A stretch of 64,000 nucleotides of DNA. Source: Bacteroidales bacterium (lineage in GTDB: Bacteria > Bacteroidota > Bacteroidia > Bacteroidales > UBA12077). Location: NCBI GenBank assembly GCA_050179935.1, contig JBFXEQ010000005.1:39738-103737 (forward strand). Reading direction: 5' to 3'. This document shows positions 1-7,910 of the stretch, in pieces; positions within the stretch are counted from its first letter, which is position 1, and every line of letters begins with the position of its first letter. Both the position numbers and the translations under genes were made by a program. The notes under the pieces were generated by a model, which searched no databases, was not told the DNA's origin, and was given only the letters and a program-made list of their open reading frames with translations.

Positions 1-371
1 ATCGTTCTGTAGCACAACAACACGGATTAAAATATATTTTGCTCCCGGATTCAGTTAATTTAAAACTTCCTGAACTCAATGAATTTTATCAAACTGCAAG
101 TGTTGAGATCATAGGTAGCAAACCTGGTGAAAAACTAATGCAAACTGGGCAGGCTATGGTTTATGGAATTACCATTTTAAAAAATGCACCAAATAAAGAA
201 CTGGCTGAAAAATTCTTAAAGTTTGTACTGGATGATAATGGTGGTAGAAAAATTCTGGAAAATAATGGTCAACCAGCATTAAAGCAAACAATTCCCGAAC
301 AACTGAATAAAATACCTAGTAATATCAAAATCCTTTTAAACAGATATTTTTTTTTGAAAAATGCTTTGTAA
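1..371 (+). CDS. Tungstate/molybdate ABC transporter periplasmic substrate-binding protein (WtpA/ModA-like), C-terminal fragment; 5' end lies outside the window
   Basis: The reading frame is open from the window edge (frame of nt 3). The listed TTG at 39 is internal. The tail 'GQAMVYGITILKNAPNKELAEKFLKFVLDDNGGRKILENNGQ' resembles the C-terminal lobe of WtpA-type solute-binding proteins. Matching permease and ATPase genes lie downstream. Confidence 0.65.
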   Translation, partial: RSVAQQHGLKYILLPDSVNLKLPELNEFYQTASVEIIGSKPGEKLMQTGQAMVYGITILKNAPNKELAEKFLKFVLDDNGGRKILENNGQPALKQTIPEQLNKIPSNIKILLNRYFFLKNAL

Positions 372-386
372 TTCCAACTAGCTTAT

Positions 387-394
387 TACTTTTG
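387..394 (+). promoter_or_regulatory. Candidate Bacteroidota sigma-A -7 box (TAnnTTTG)
   Basis: 'TACTTTTG' sits 60 nt upstream of the ATG at 454 and immediately upstream of the palindrome at 399-422. Confidence 0.4.
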
Positions 395-398
395 CATG

Positions 399-422
399 CG
401 ATATGTTATTTGTAACATAACG
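399..422. promoter_or_regulatory. Candidate ModE-type operator (24-nt inverted repeat CGATATGTTA-TTTG-TAACATAACG)
   Basis: 10-nt arms with one mismatch. The half-sites resemble the E. coli modA operator (CGTTATAT...ACATAACG). A related 24-nt site with the same left arm 'GCGATATGTT' occurs at 35636-35659, upstream of the ModE-like gene. Confidence 0.5.
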
Positions 423-453
423 TAATAAAACAAAACCAAAATCTAATAAAATT

Positions 454-1047
454 ATGAAAAAAACTATTTATTTATTATTATTTGCTTTTATAGCAACAAC
501 AACTTTTGTATCGTGCGAAGACGAGGAAGAAACCAAATCACCATTTATAACAGTAAAAATGGGTGCTCAGTCGAATACAACTATTGGAGCATTTTATTCA
601 ATCGAAATGAATAGTGTTTACAATCAAGCTGTTGCATTTACAAAGCAAGACACAATTGATTTTCTTTGTTTTTATGAGCATGATGAAATCAACGACAGAA
701 TTAACGATATGACCTTGGCATCACCGGGAGCAAATATAACCGATATTTTTGTTGATGATATTACTACATCTCCTGATGTTTGGACAACCAAAAACTTAAC
801 CAAATTTCAAGAACCTAATCCAGCAATGACAGTAGCTCAGTTCGATTTATTAAAAGAAACTGATGCTATTATTGAAACCAGTTTTGACAATACAGTTCTC
901 AGTGGAAATAAAAAAGCAAAATTACTTGCTGTTAATGATATTTATGCTTTCAAAACTCATAACAATCAATATGGTTTGTTAAAAGTAACTGAAGTACTAG
1001 AAGGAAATGATGGATATATAAAATTTGTTTACATCATTAAAAAGTAA
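454..1047 (+). CDS. Lipoprotein, uncharacterised family (paralog 1 of 3 in this window)
   Basis: Signal peptide plus lipobox 'TTFVSC'. Its C-terminal block 'KKAKLLAVNDIYAFKTHNNQYGLLKVTEVLEGNDGYIKFVYIIKK' is shared with the ORFs at 1163-2065 and 37331-38275. It also carries the mid-block 'ASPGANI'. Confidence 0.7.
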   Translation: MKKTIYLLLFAFIATTTFVSCEDEEETKSPFITVKMGAQSNTTIGAFYSIEMNSVYNQAVAFTKQDTIDFLCFYEHDEINDRINDMTLASPGANITDIFVDDITTSPDVWTTKNLTKFQEPNPAMTVAQFDLLKETDAIIETSFDNTVLSGNKKAKLLAVNDIYAFKTHNNQYGLLKVTEVLEGNDGYIKFVYIIKK

Positions 1048-1067
1048 TTCTGATTAATTATAAAAAA

Positions 1068-1110
1068 TCCTACGTGAGTCTTTGTTATTCCCGTAGGGTT
1101 TTCCTTTTTT
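1068..1110 (+). terminator. Possible intrinsic terminator or attenuator hairpin
   Basis: 'CCTACG' (1069-1074) pairs with 'CGTAGG' (1092-1097) and is followed by 'TTTTCCTTTTTT'. The loop is long, so support is weak. Confidence 0.4.
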
Positions 1111-1162
1111 CCAATTATCCAAAAATAATTTATTGATTTTTTGAAAAGCTAACTATCAAACC

Positions 1163-2065
1163 ATGAAAACTAGTTGTATAATTGTAGTTACAGCTCTACT
1201 ATTCCTATTTACTCAATGTACTGAGGACGAAAATGTAACTTCGACTCCCTTTATTTTGCTAAAAACTGGGCTTTCCTATACAAATAATGAAGCTTACATT
1301 CCAGTTGGAGGTCAATTAAATTTTGGCATTTCAGCAGTAGGGGATGGATTTGAGATCACAAATCTTACTGTTAAACGCACCACAAATGCAGGTTCAGTAA
1401 CAGAGCTTGATAAAGGAATGTTTATTAAACAAGGTGGATTGGATACCATTCTGACTTATTACAAAGGTTATGCAGATCAGGAAACATGGGTTTTTTCGAT
1501 CATGAATAGTAATCGCGATACGGCTTCTGTTTCAATCATTGTTTATAAAGGTTCCGGAAGTGCTTATGGTGATATTGATTTTTTCCCTTCTATCACAATT
1601 GGATACCAAAACAATTCCTCTCTTCCTAATTTTGTTGATGTAAACACAGGATTGGCTTATACAGGTTCAACGGTATCAGGCAATGAATCTCTCATTGATT
1701 TAGTTAGTTATTATTACTTAAGTTCTGGATCATCATCTCCTACAATTTCATGTCCATCGTATAATACAGCAAAATCATATTATCCGGTAATGAACGACTG
1801 GGTAGTTCAAAATTCAACGGTTTATGATTATTATACTACAGATAATAACTTAATTTCTACAACTCAGTTTGATGCTGCACAAAATGATAGCTTGCTTATT
1901 AATGGATATAAACCCGAAAGCGTAAGTGGAACTTGTAAATTTTGTTTTGCTGATAAAGTGATTCCATTTAAAACAGGACAAGGGAAATACGGATTAATTA
2001 AAGTGATTCATGCTGACGAAACTGATACCGGGCACATTGAAATTGCAGTAAAAATTCAGAAATAA
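1163..2065 (+). CDS. Lipoprotein, uncharacterised family (paralog 2 of 3)
   Basis: Lipobox 'LFTQC'. Its C-terminal block 'KVIPFKTGQGKYGLIKVIHADETDTGHIEIAVKIQK' aligns with the tails of ORFs 454-1047 and 37331-38275. It lies directly upstream of the TBDR. Confidence 0.7.
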   Translation: MKTSCIIVVTALLFLFTQCTEDENVTSTPFILLKTGLSYTNNEAYIPVGGQLNFGISAVGDGFEITNLTVKRTTNAGSVTELDKGMFIKQGGLDTILTYYKGYADQETWVFSIMNSNRDTASVSIIVYKGSGSAYGDIDFFPSITIGYQNNSSLPNFVDVNTGLAYTGSTVSGNESLIDLVSYYYLSSGSSSPTISCPSYNTAKSYYPVMNDWVVQNSTVYDYYTTDNNLISTTQFDAAQNDSLLINGYKPESVSGTCKFCFADKVIPFKTGQGKYGLIKVIHADETDTGHIEIAVKIQK

Positions 2066-2075
2066 CGAATTGAAG

Positions 2076-4397
2076 ATGAAAAAACTAGTTGTACTTATTA
2101 TATTATTTACCTTATTTTCAGGAATTGTTTTTGCCCAATCGTCGATTAAGGGAACTATTGTTGATGAAGATACTTTTACAGCAATCAGTTTTGCTAATAT
2201 CTCTATTAATAAAGGGAAAGGTACTGTAAGTGACGAAAATGGAAATTTCATACTGAAAAACCTAAAACCAGGCAATTATACACTACAAATTTCATTTGTA
2301 GGATATGAATCAGTATTTCAAAATATTAAGGTAAATGACAACGAGATTCTTGAGCTTCAGATTAAACTAAAACCTTCTAATTATACAGCCGAAGATGTTG
2401 TAATTACTGCCACAAAGACTGAAAATTATATTAAAGATATTCCAACCCGCATAAACCTCATTTCGCCAAGGCAGATTGAAGCATTACCGGCTCAAACAAC
2501 CGACGAGTTACTGGCATTTGTACCTGGTGTAAATATTAACCGATCGTTTGGTATTTACTCGCATTCAGCTGCTGTAACCATGCGCGGACTAAACGGACAG
2601 GAACAAGGTCGTGTGTTGGTTATGATTGATGGAATTTCTGTTAATAAGTCTGATGGCGGATCGGTAAACTGGAATTTGTTAAATAATGATCAGATTGATC
2701 GTATTGAGGTAGTTAAAGGCCCCGGATCTTCACTTTATGGAGGAAATGCCATGGGTGGAGCAATAAATATCATCACCAAAAAACCTACAGAAAATATTCA
2801 GGGCAAATTAAGTGTTGATTATGGTACTTATAACACTATGCGAAGTCAATTGTATTTATCAGGTCGTTTAAATCCAGCTATTGATAAAGGTTTTTACTGG
2901 AATCTTAGTAGCTTTTACCGACAAAGCGATGGATATATGACCGCCTCGGAGGCAGATCAACTGGCAAACAAGTATCTTGTTAAATCAGATCTGAAAGAAT
3001 GGGCTGCAACCGCTAAAGTTGGTTACGACTTTAATCAAAACAATGGGCTGGAACTAGACATGCTTTATTATGATGATGATAGAGCTACCGGCGAAAAAGT
3101 TTTTCAACCCGAAGGAAATAATCGAGAGCATGATACCTATCAGATTAGGGCAAAGTATAATGGTCAGAAAAACAAGTTGAACTGGACTATTAATCTATTC
3201 TATCTAAACGAAGATTATAAAAGGATAAGCGAATATTATAAAGACGATTATACATTTTACAAAGTACTATCTGAAAGGGTTGATTTGGGTGCATTATCTT
3301 CCTTATCGTACAATTTGAAAAACCAAATAATAACAGGTGGTGTTGATCTTAAGCAAGGCCGTGTTGATGCAAAAGATATTTATTATACCTCATCCGATAT
3401 AGTTTATAACCGCGGTAAAATGAATACGCTGGGATTATTTATTCAGGACGAAATAAAATTACTGAATAATAAACTAAAAGTTATTGCAGGATTAAGATTT
3501 GATTATGCCAACTTCTTTGATGGAGGATTTGAGATTGAGAATCCTACTGCGGAAACTACTTTTATGTTAGCTTATCATGATGACAATTTAAAAGAAGATA
3601 CATGGAATGCATTAAGTCCTAAATTGTCGGTACAGTATGAATTTACAAATGATTACCGCATTTACGCCAGCTTTTCCAAAGGATTTAGACCTGCTGTTTT
3701 AGATGATATGTGTCGCTCAGGAAGAATAAAAGGCGGATTTAAAGTTGCCGATCCAGGTTTGCAGCCGGAATACCTAAGTAATTTTGAAATTGGTGCTGAT
3801 GCCAAATTCTTTCAGCGATTAAGAACATCATTATCTGCTTTTTATTCTATGGGTGATGATTTTATGTATTATGTTAATACCGGCGATTCTATTGATCTTG
3901 GCTTCGGTTTGCGTCCTATAATTAAAGCCTCCAATATCTCCGAAGTTGAGATTTATGGACTCGAGTTTGAAGCAAATTATCTGCTTACCGATTATATTAT
4001 TTTTAATGCGAATTATGCCTATTCTCATTCACAAATAAAAGATTTTACACCTTTGAATGTAAGTGATCCGGTTGATTTAACAGGTAAATATTTATCTGAT
4101 GTGCCAAGCCACTCAGGTTCGTTTTCTGTAAACTGGCGTAATAAAATAGTTAATGCAGGTATTAATGCAAAATATACTGGAAGCAGATGGGTAAATGATT
4201 TAAACCAGATGGATGAAATTATTCTGGATGATAAATACCCATCATTTACAACGCTTGATTTGAAATTATCAAAATCATTTAAAATGATTTTTACAACGCT
4301 AAGTATCCAGAATATTCTTGATACCAAGTTTTACGATAGCAAAGGAGCAGTCTGCCCCGGCAGATTTATTACACTTGAATTAGGTCTAAAGTTTTAA
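2076..4397 (+). CDS. TonB-dependent outer-membrane receptor with an N-terminal CarboxypepD_reg-like domain
   Basis: Signal peptide, then 'GTIVDEDTFTAISFANISI...NLKPGNYTLQISFVGY' and a plug block 'RIEVVKGPGSSLYGGNAMGGAINIITKK'. It ends with a C-terminal aromatic, 'LELGLKF'. I prefer the ATG at 2076 over the TTG at 2070. Confidence 0.9.
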   Translation: MKKLVVLIILFTLFSGIVFAQSSIKGTIVDEDTFTAISFANISINKGKGTVSDENGNFILKNLKPGNYTLQISFVGYESVFQNIKVNDNEILELQIKLKPSNYTAEDVVITATKTENYIKDIPTRINLISPRQIEALPAQTTDELLAFVPGVNINRSFGIYSHSAAVTMRGLNGQEQGRVLVMIDGISVNKSDGGSVNWNLLNNDQIDRIEVVKGPGSSLYGGNAMGGAINIITKKPTENIQGKLSVDYGTYNTMRSQLYLSGRLNPAIDKGFYWNLSSFYRQSDGYMTASEADQLANKYLVKSDLKEWAATAKVGYDFNQNNGLELDMLYYDDDRATGEKVFQPEGNNREHDTYQIRAKYNGQKNKLNWTINLFYLNEDYKRISEYYKDDYTFYKVLSERVDLGALSSLSYNLKNQIITGGVDLKQGRVDAKDIYYTSSDIVYNRGKMNTLGLFIQDEIKLLNNKLKVIAGLRFDYANFFDGGFEIENPTAETTFMLAYHDDNLKEDTWNALSPKLSVQYEFTNDYRIYASFSKGFRPAVLDDMCRSGRIKGGFKVADPGLQPEYLSNFEIGADAKFFQRLRTSLSAFYSMGDDFMYYVNTGDSIDLGFGLRPIIKASNISEVEIYGLEFEANYLLTDYIIFNANYAYSHSQIKDFTPLNVSDPVDLTGKYLSDVPSHSGSFSVNWRNKIVNAGINAKYTGSRWVNDLNQMDEIILDDKYPSFTTLDLKLSKSFKMIFTTLSIQNILDTKFYDSKGAVCPGRFITLELGLKF

Positions 4398-4416
4398 TAA
4401 AATAATAAAAGCAATT

Positions 4417-5490
4417 ATGAAAAAACTATTTACAATTATTCTTGTAGGAATAAGCATTACAGCATGTAATGTAAAACAAACTGACAGTACAGCTGAGAAC
4501 AAATATCAGCGACAATTAACTGCCGACACAATTGATGCAACAAATGATTTTTATGATAACGCTGAAACTCATTTATTACCAGCACAACAACTTACCGTTG
4601 AAGGTGAAATAAGCAATCCAGGAATTGTAGATTTTACAAAGCTTCCATTGCGCAGTGTTATTGTTAAAGAAACACTTTTATCTGACAGTGGTGATAAATT
4701 TATTGGCGCTTATCGATATGATGGATATGCGCTTTACGACATTCTAAATCAGGTAAAACTGAATAAAAAAAACAAAGAAGAATTTAACCCGATTATTGAT
4801 TTATATGTTCAGATCGAGAATAACAAAGGCGAAAAAGCAACTATAAGCTGGGGCGAAATTTTTTACCCAAACCACTTACAGGAGATTATTATTGCCACTC
4901 AGGTTATGCGTATTGTGCCTTCAAAAACCAACGATCTTTGGCCTTTGCCCGAAGAAAGCAAGTTAGTTGTTTCGAGAGATCTGATAACTGAAAGAAATAT
5001 TTCATCACCAGTTAAAATAATTGTAAAATCATATCCAAAATCATTCGAAACAATTAAAGGATTAAAACCACTATTTTCCCCAACTATCGATATTTATAAC
5101 GAAAACGAGAAAATAGAAACTCTTACAGAAAATCCAAAAGAGTTGCAGATAGAAAAATTCAACACTATTTTTTATGGCCGTGGCAGAGGAATCCATTCTA
5201 CACAACCATTTACAGGTGTATTATTAAAAGATGTTTTGTTAAAAAATACTACATTTGATCAGAAAAATATCCGTGAAGGAATTTTCGTTGTTGTAGCAAA
5301 AGATGGATATAGAACTGTATTTACGTTTAGCGAAATAATGAATCGAAACGATCAAGCAGAGGTTCTTTTGGTTTGTCGCCCAGAAACAACAGATGATGGA
5401 ATTTTTAGATTATTTCCTGCATGCGATTTCTTTTCCGATAGAGCAGTAAAAGGAATAAACGCTATTTATTTTTCGGCTAACGAACAATAA
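4417..5490 (+). CDS. Lipoprotein with two tandem domains that resemble the molybdopterin-oxidoreductase (SUOX/YedY-type) fold
   Basis: Lipobox 'SITAC'. Segments such as 'FTGVLLKDVLLKNTTFD..REGIFVVVAKDGYRTVFTFSEIMNRNDQAEVLLVC' and 'YRYDGYALYDILNQVKL' recall the 'W.GV.L.dLL....v.f.a.DGY....' pattern of that fold. The fold assignment is tentative. Confidence 0.55.
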   Translation: MKKLFTIILVGISITACNVKQTDSTAENKYQRQLTADTIDATNDFYDNAETHLLPAQQLTVEGEISNPGIVDFTKLPLRSVIVKETLLSDSGDKFIGAYRYDGYALYDILNQVKLNKKNKEEFNPIIDLYVQIENNKGEKATISWGEIFYPNHLQEIIIATQVMRIVPSKTNDLWPLPEESKLVVSRDLITERNISSPVKIIVKSYPKSFETIKGLKPLFSPTIDIYNENEKIETLTENPKELQIEKFNTIFYGRGRGIHSTQPFTGVLLKDVLLKNTTFDQKNIREGIFVVVAKDGYRTVFTFSEIMNRNDQAEVLLVCRPETTDDGIFRLFPACDFFSDRAVKGINAIYFSANEQ

Positions 5491-5492
5491 AA

Positions 5493-6287
5493 ATGTATAA
5501 AAACAGGCTAAGTAGATTAGATATTATATTCTTAATTCTTGGTGGACTAATATTACTTTTTATTATTAGTCCACTACTTGGTATGTTTTTAGCCACAACA
5601 CCTGCACAATTTTTCGAAACATCAAAAGATCCCGAAGTACTTAATAGTATTTGGTTAACACTTTGGGTTTCGTTTGTCGCTACCATTATTTTTGCGTTTG
5701 GCGCAATTCCTCTATCCTACTTTCTAGCCCGAACCAATTTTCGGTTTAAAGGAATAGTAAATGGAATAGTTGATTTACCAGTGGTAATACCACATTCGGC
5801 TGCAGGTATTGCTATTTTGGGGTTTGTATCGCGCGATTCGGTGCTTGGTAAAATTGGTTCATCGATGGGGCTTAACTTTGTTGGTCATCCGGCTGGAATA
5901 GCAGTTGCCATGGCCTTTGTAAGTATTCCGTTTTTAATTAACGCTGCCCGCGATGGATTCGAAAATGTTCCGGAACGACTCGAAAAGACAGCTCTTAATT
6001 TGGGAGCGTCTCCTGTTCGTGTTTTTTTTACTATTTCGTTGCCTCTGGCCTGGAAAAATGTGTTATCGGGATTAATTATGATGTTCGCTCGTGGATTAAG
6101 CGAATTTGGTGCCGTAATAATCATTGCATATCATCCAATGATTACGCCTGTACTTATATTTGAACGTTTTGGTGCTTTTGGTTTAAAATATGCCCGACCC
6201 GTTTCGGTTGTATTTATTATCGTTTGCCTTGTGTTTTTTGTTCTGCTAAGAAGTCTTGCCAAAGAAAGGAAATCAAACGATGCTTAA
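5493..6287 (+). CDS. Tungstate/molybdate ABC transporter permease (WtpB/ModB family)
   Basis: Multi-TM protein with 'DLPVVIPHSAAGIAILGF', the EAA-type loop 'ERLEKTALNLGASPVRVFFTISLP' and the 'IIIAYHPMITPVLIFERF' block typical of WtpB-like permeases. Confidence 0.85.
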   Translation: MYKNRLSRLDIIFLILGGLILLFIISPLLGMFLATTPAQFFETSKDPEVLNSIWLTLWVSFVATIIFAFGAIPLSYFLARTNFRFKGIVNGIVDLPVVIPHSAAGIAILGFVSRDSVLGKIGSSMGLNFVGHPAGIAVAMAFVSIPFLINAARDGFENVPERLEKTALNLGASPVRVFFTISLPLAWKNVLSGLIMMFARGLSEFGAVIIIAYHPMITPVLIFERFGAFGLKYARPVSVVFIIVCLVFFVLLRSLAKERKSNDA

Positions 6288-7320
6288 ATTAAAAGATATT
6301 TCGATTAAACTGGGCGATTTTAAGCTAAAGAACATTGATCTTGAGTTGGAAAAAGAGGATTACTATGTTTTATTAGGCAAATCAGGAGTTGGAAAAACGG
6401 TTCTGCTCGAAATTATTGCCGGATTAATAAATCCAGAATCAGGGCAGGTATTTTTAAATGATATTGATATTACCCACGAAAAAATTCAGAAGAGAAAAGT
6501 AGGCATTGTATTTCAGGACTATTCTATTTTTCCGCATTTATCAGTAAAGCAAAACATAGCCTACCCGTTAAAAGGAAAAAACCTGAACATCCAGCAGGCT
6601 GAAAAGCTTATAAATGAATTTGCTGAGTTAACCAATATTTCTCATTTACTAAACCGATCAACCAAAAAATTATCAGGAGGCGAACTACAACGTGTAGCGT
6701 TGGCCCGAACATTAATTACCAAACCCGATTGTCTTTTATTGGATGAACCACTGGCATCGCTAGATATACAACTAAAAGGTGATTTACGAAATTTACTTCG
6801 CAAAATAAACCAGAACGGAACAACCATTTTGCATGTAACCCACGATTATGAAGAAGCAATTGCGTTGTCGAATAAAGTAGCCGTAATGCATGAAGGTGAG
6901 ATTATTCAAAAAGGATTAACAAAAGAAGTATTTCAAAAACCTACTAATGAATTTGTGGCCAATTTTACCGGAATAAAAAACTTTTTTTATGCTGAGTTTA
7001 CGCCAATTAATACGGCCAAAATAAACGACAACGTTGAAATCCATATAAGCAATCATGAGCAATTAAAAACTGGCAAAATAATAATTCGAGGCGAAGAAAT
7101 TATTGTTTCAGAAAACTGCTTACAGTCAAGTGCTACCAATAATTTTAAAGGTAAAATACTCCAGATTATCCCCTATTTTTCGAATTACGAATTAATTGTT
7201 GATATAGGGATTGAACTATCGGTGGTAATATCCGAAGAGTCTTTTTCGAAATTTAATTTTAAAAATCATTCAGAGGCATGGGTTTCATTTAAATCAACAG
7301 CTATAAAAATCATCCCTTAA
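6280..7320 (+). CDS. Tungstate/molybdate ABC transporter ATP-binding protein with a C-terminal TOBE-like domain (WtpC/ModC family)
   Basis: Walker A 'GKSGVGKT', signature 'LSGGELQRVALAR', Walker B 'LLLDEP', and a C-terminal OB/TOBE-like tail. I prefer the ATG at 6280, which overlaps the permease stop by 8 nt, over the TTG at 6256. Confidence 0.9.
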   Translation: MLKLKDISIKLGDFKLKNIDLELEKEDYYVLLGKSGVGKTVLLEIIAGLINPESGQVFLNDIDITHEKIQKRKVGIVFQDYSIFPHLSVKQNIAYPLKGKNLNIQQAEKLINEFAELTNISHLLNRSTKKLSGGELQRVALARTLITKPDCLLLDEPLASLDIQLKGDLRNLLRKINQNGTTILHVTHDYEEAIALSNKVAVMHEGEIIQKGLTKEVFQKPTNEFVANFTGIKNFFYAEFTPINTAKINDNVEIHISNHEQLKTGKIIIRGEEIIVSENCLQSSATNNFKGKILQIIPYFSNYELIVDIGIELSVVISEESFSKFNFKNHSEAWVSFKSTAIKIIP

Positions 7321-7382
7321 GTATTTTAGCAAACATTTTTAACCAATTTTTGTTTTATTCCATATAACTAAAGCATGCAATT

Positions 7383-7796
7383 ATGGAATTAACATCAATA
7401 AATTTTATAGCGGTGCTAGTTTCAGCTCTATCTGCGTTTGCAATTGGCTCTGTTTGGTACAGCCCGCTTATGTTCAGTAAAGCCTGGCAAAATGCGTTAG
7501 GCTTATCAGAAAAAGATATAAAAGAAGCTAATATGGTTTTAATTTTTGGAACCAGCTTTTTATTAATGTTCGTAATGGCAATTGGTTTATCGGTACTTTT
7601 AAACGCTTTAAATCCTAACGGAATTAACTGGTTAACAGGATTGAAACAAGGATTATTTATTGGTTTATTTTTTATTGCCACTTCGTATGGGGTAAACATT
7701 CTTTACCAGCGCAAATCGTTTAAATTATGGCTAATTGATTCTGGATATCAGGTTCTGTTACTCGGTATTATGGGTTTAATTATCGGTGCATGGTAA
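7383..7796 (+). CDS. DUF1761-family membrane protein
   Basis: 4-TM protein with an N-terminus 'INFIAVLVSALSAFAIGSVWYSPLMFSKAW' typical of DUF1761. Confidence 0.7.
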   Translation: MELTSINFIAVLVSALSAFAIGSVWYSPLMFSKAWQNALGLSEKDIKEANMVLIFGTSFLLMFVMAIGLSVLLNALNPNGINWLTGLKQGLFIGLFFIATSYGVNILYQRKSFKLWLIDSGYQVLLLGIMGLIIGAW

Positions 7797-7910
7797 TATT
7801 AAATTGCTGTTTTCTTTTTTAAATCTTTACATTTGTTAATTGTATTTCATTTATTTGCAAAGATTTTTTTGAATGAGGTTGGGACTTATAATTATTTGTT
7901 TATTTGATTA

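Noticed and set aside
39-371. Listed ORF start at 39 for the first gene
   Set aside because: Codon 39-41 is TTG and the frame is open back to the window edge. The sequence upstream of 39 continues the same solute-binding-protein reading frame, so this is a 5'-truncated gene and not a 110-aa protein.
1994-2275. 93-aa minus-strand ORF spanning the lipoprotein/TBDR junction
   Set aside because: It is antisense to two well-supported genes, has low-complexity composition and no start context. It is a typical shadow ORF in AT-rich DNA.
3831-4327. Two minus-strand ORFs (65 and 100 aa) inside the first TBDR gene
   Set aside because: They are antisense shadow ORFs within a gene whose product has clear TBDR motifs over its full length.
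7355-7699. 114-aa minus-strand ORF overlapping the DUF1761 gene
   Set aside because: The plus-strand ORF has a recognisable DUF1761 N-terminus and TM pattern. The antisense ORF has no features.
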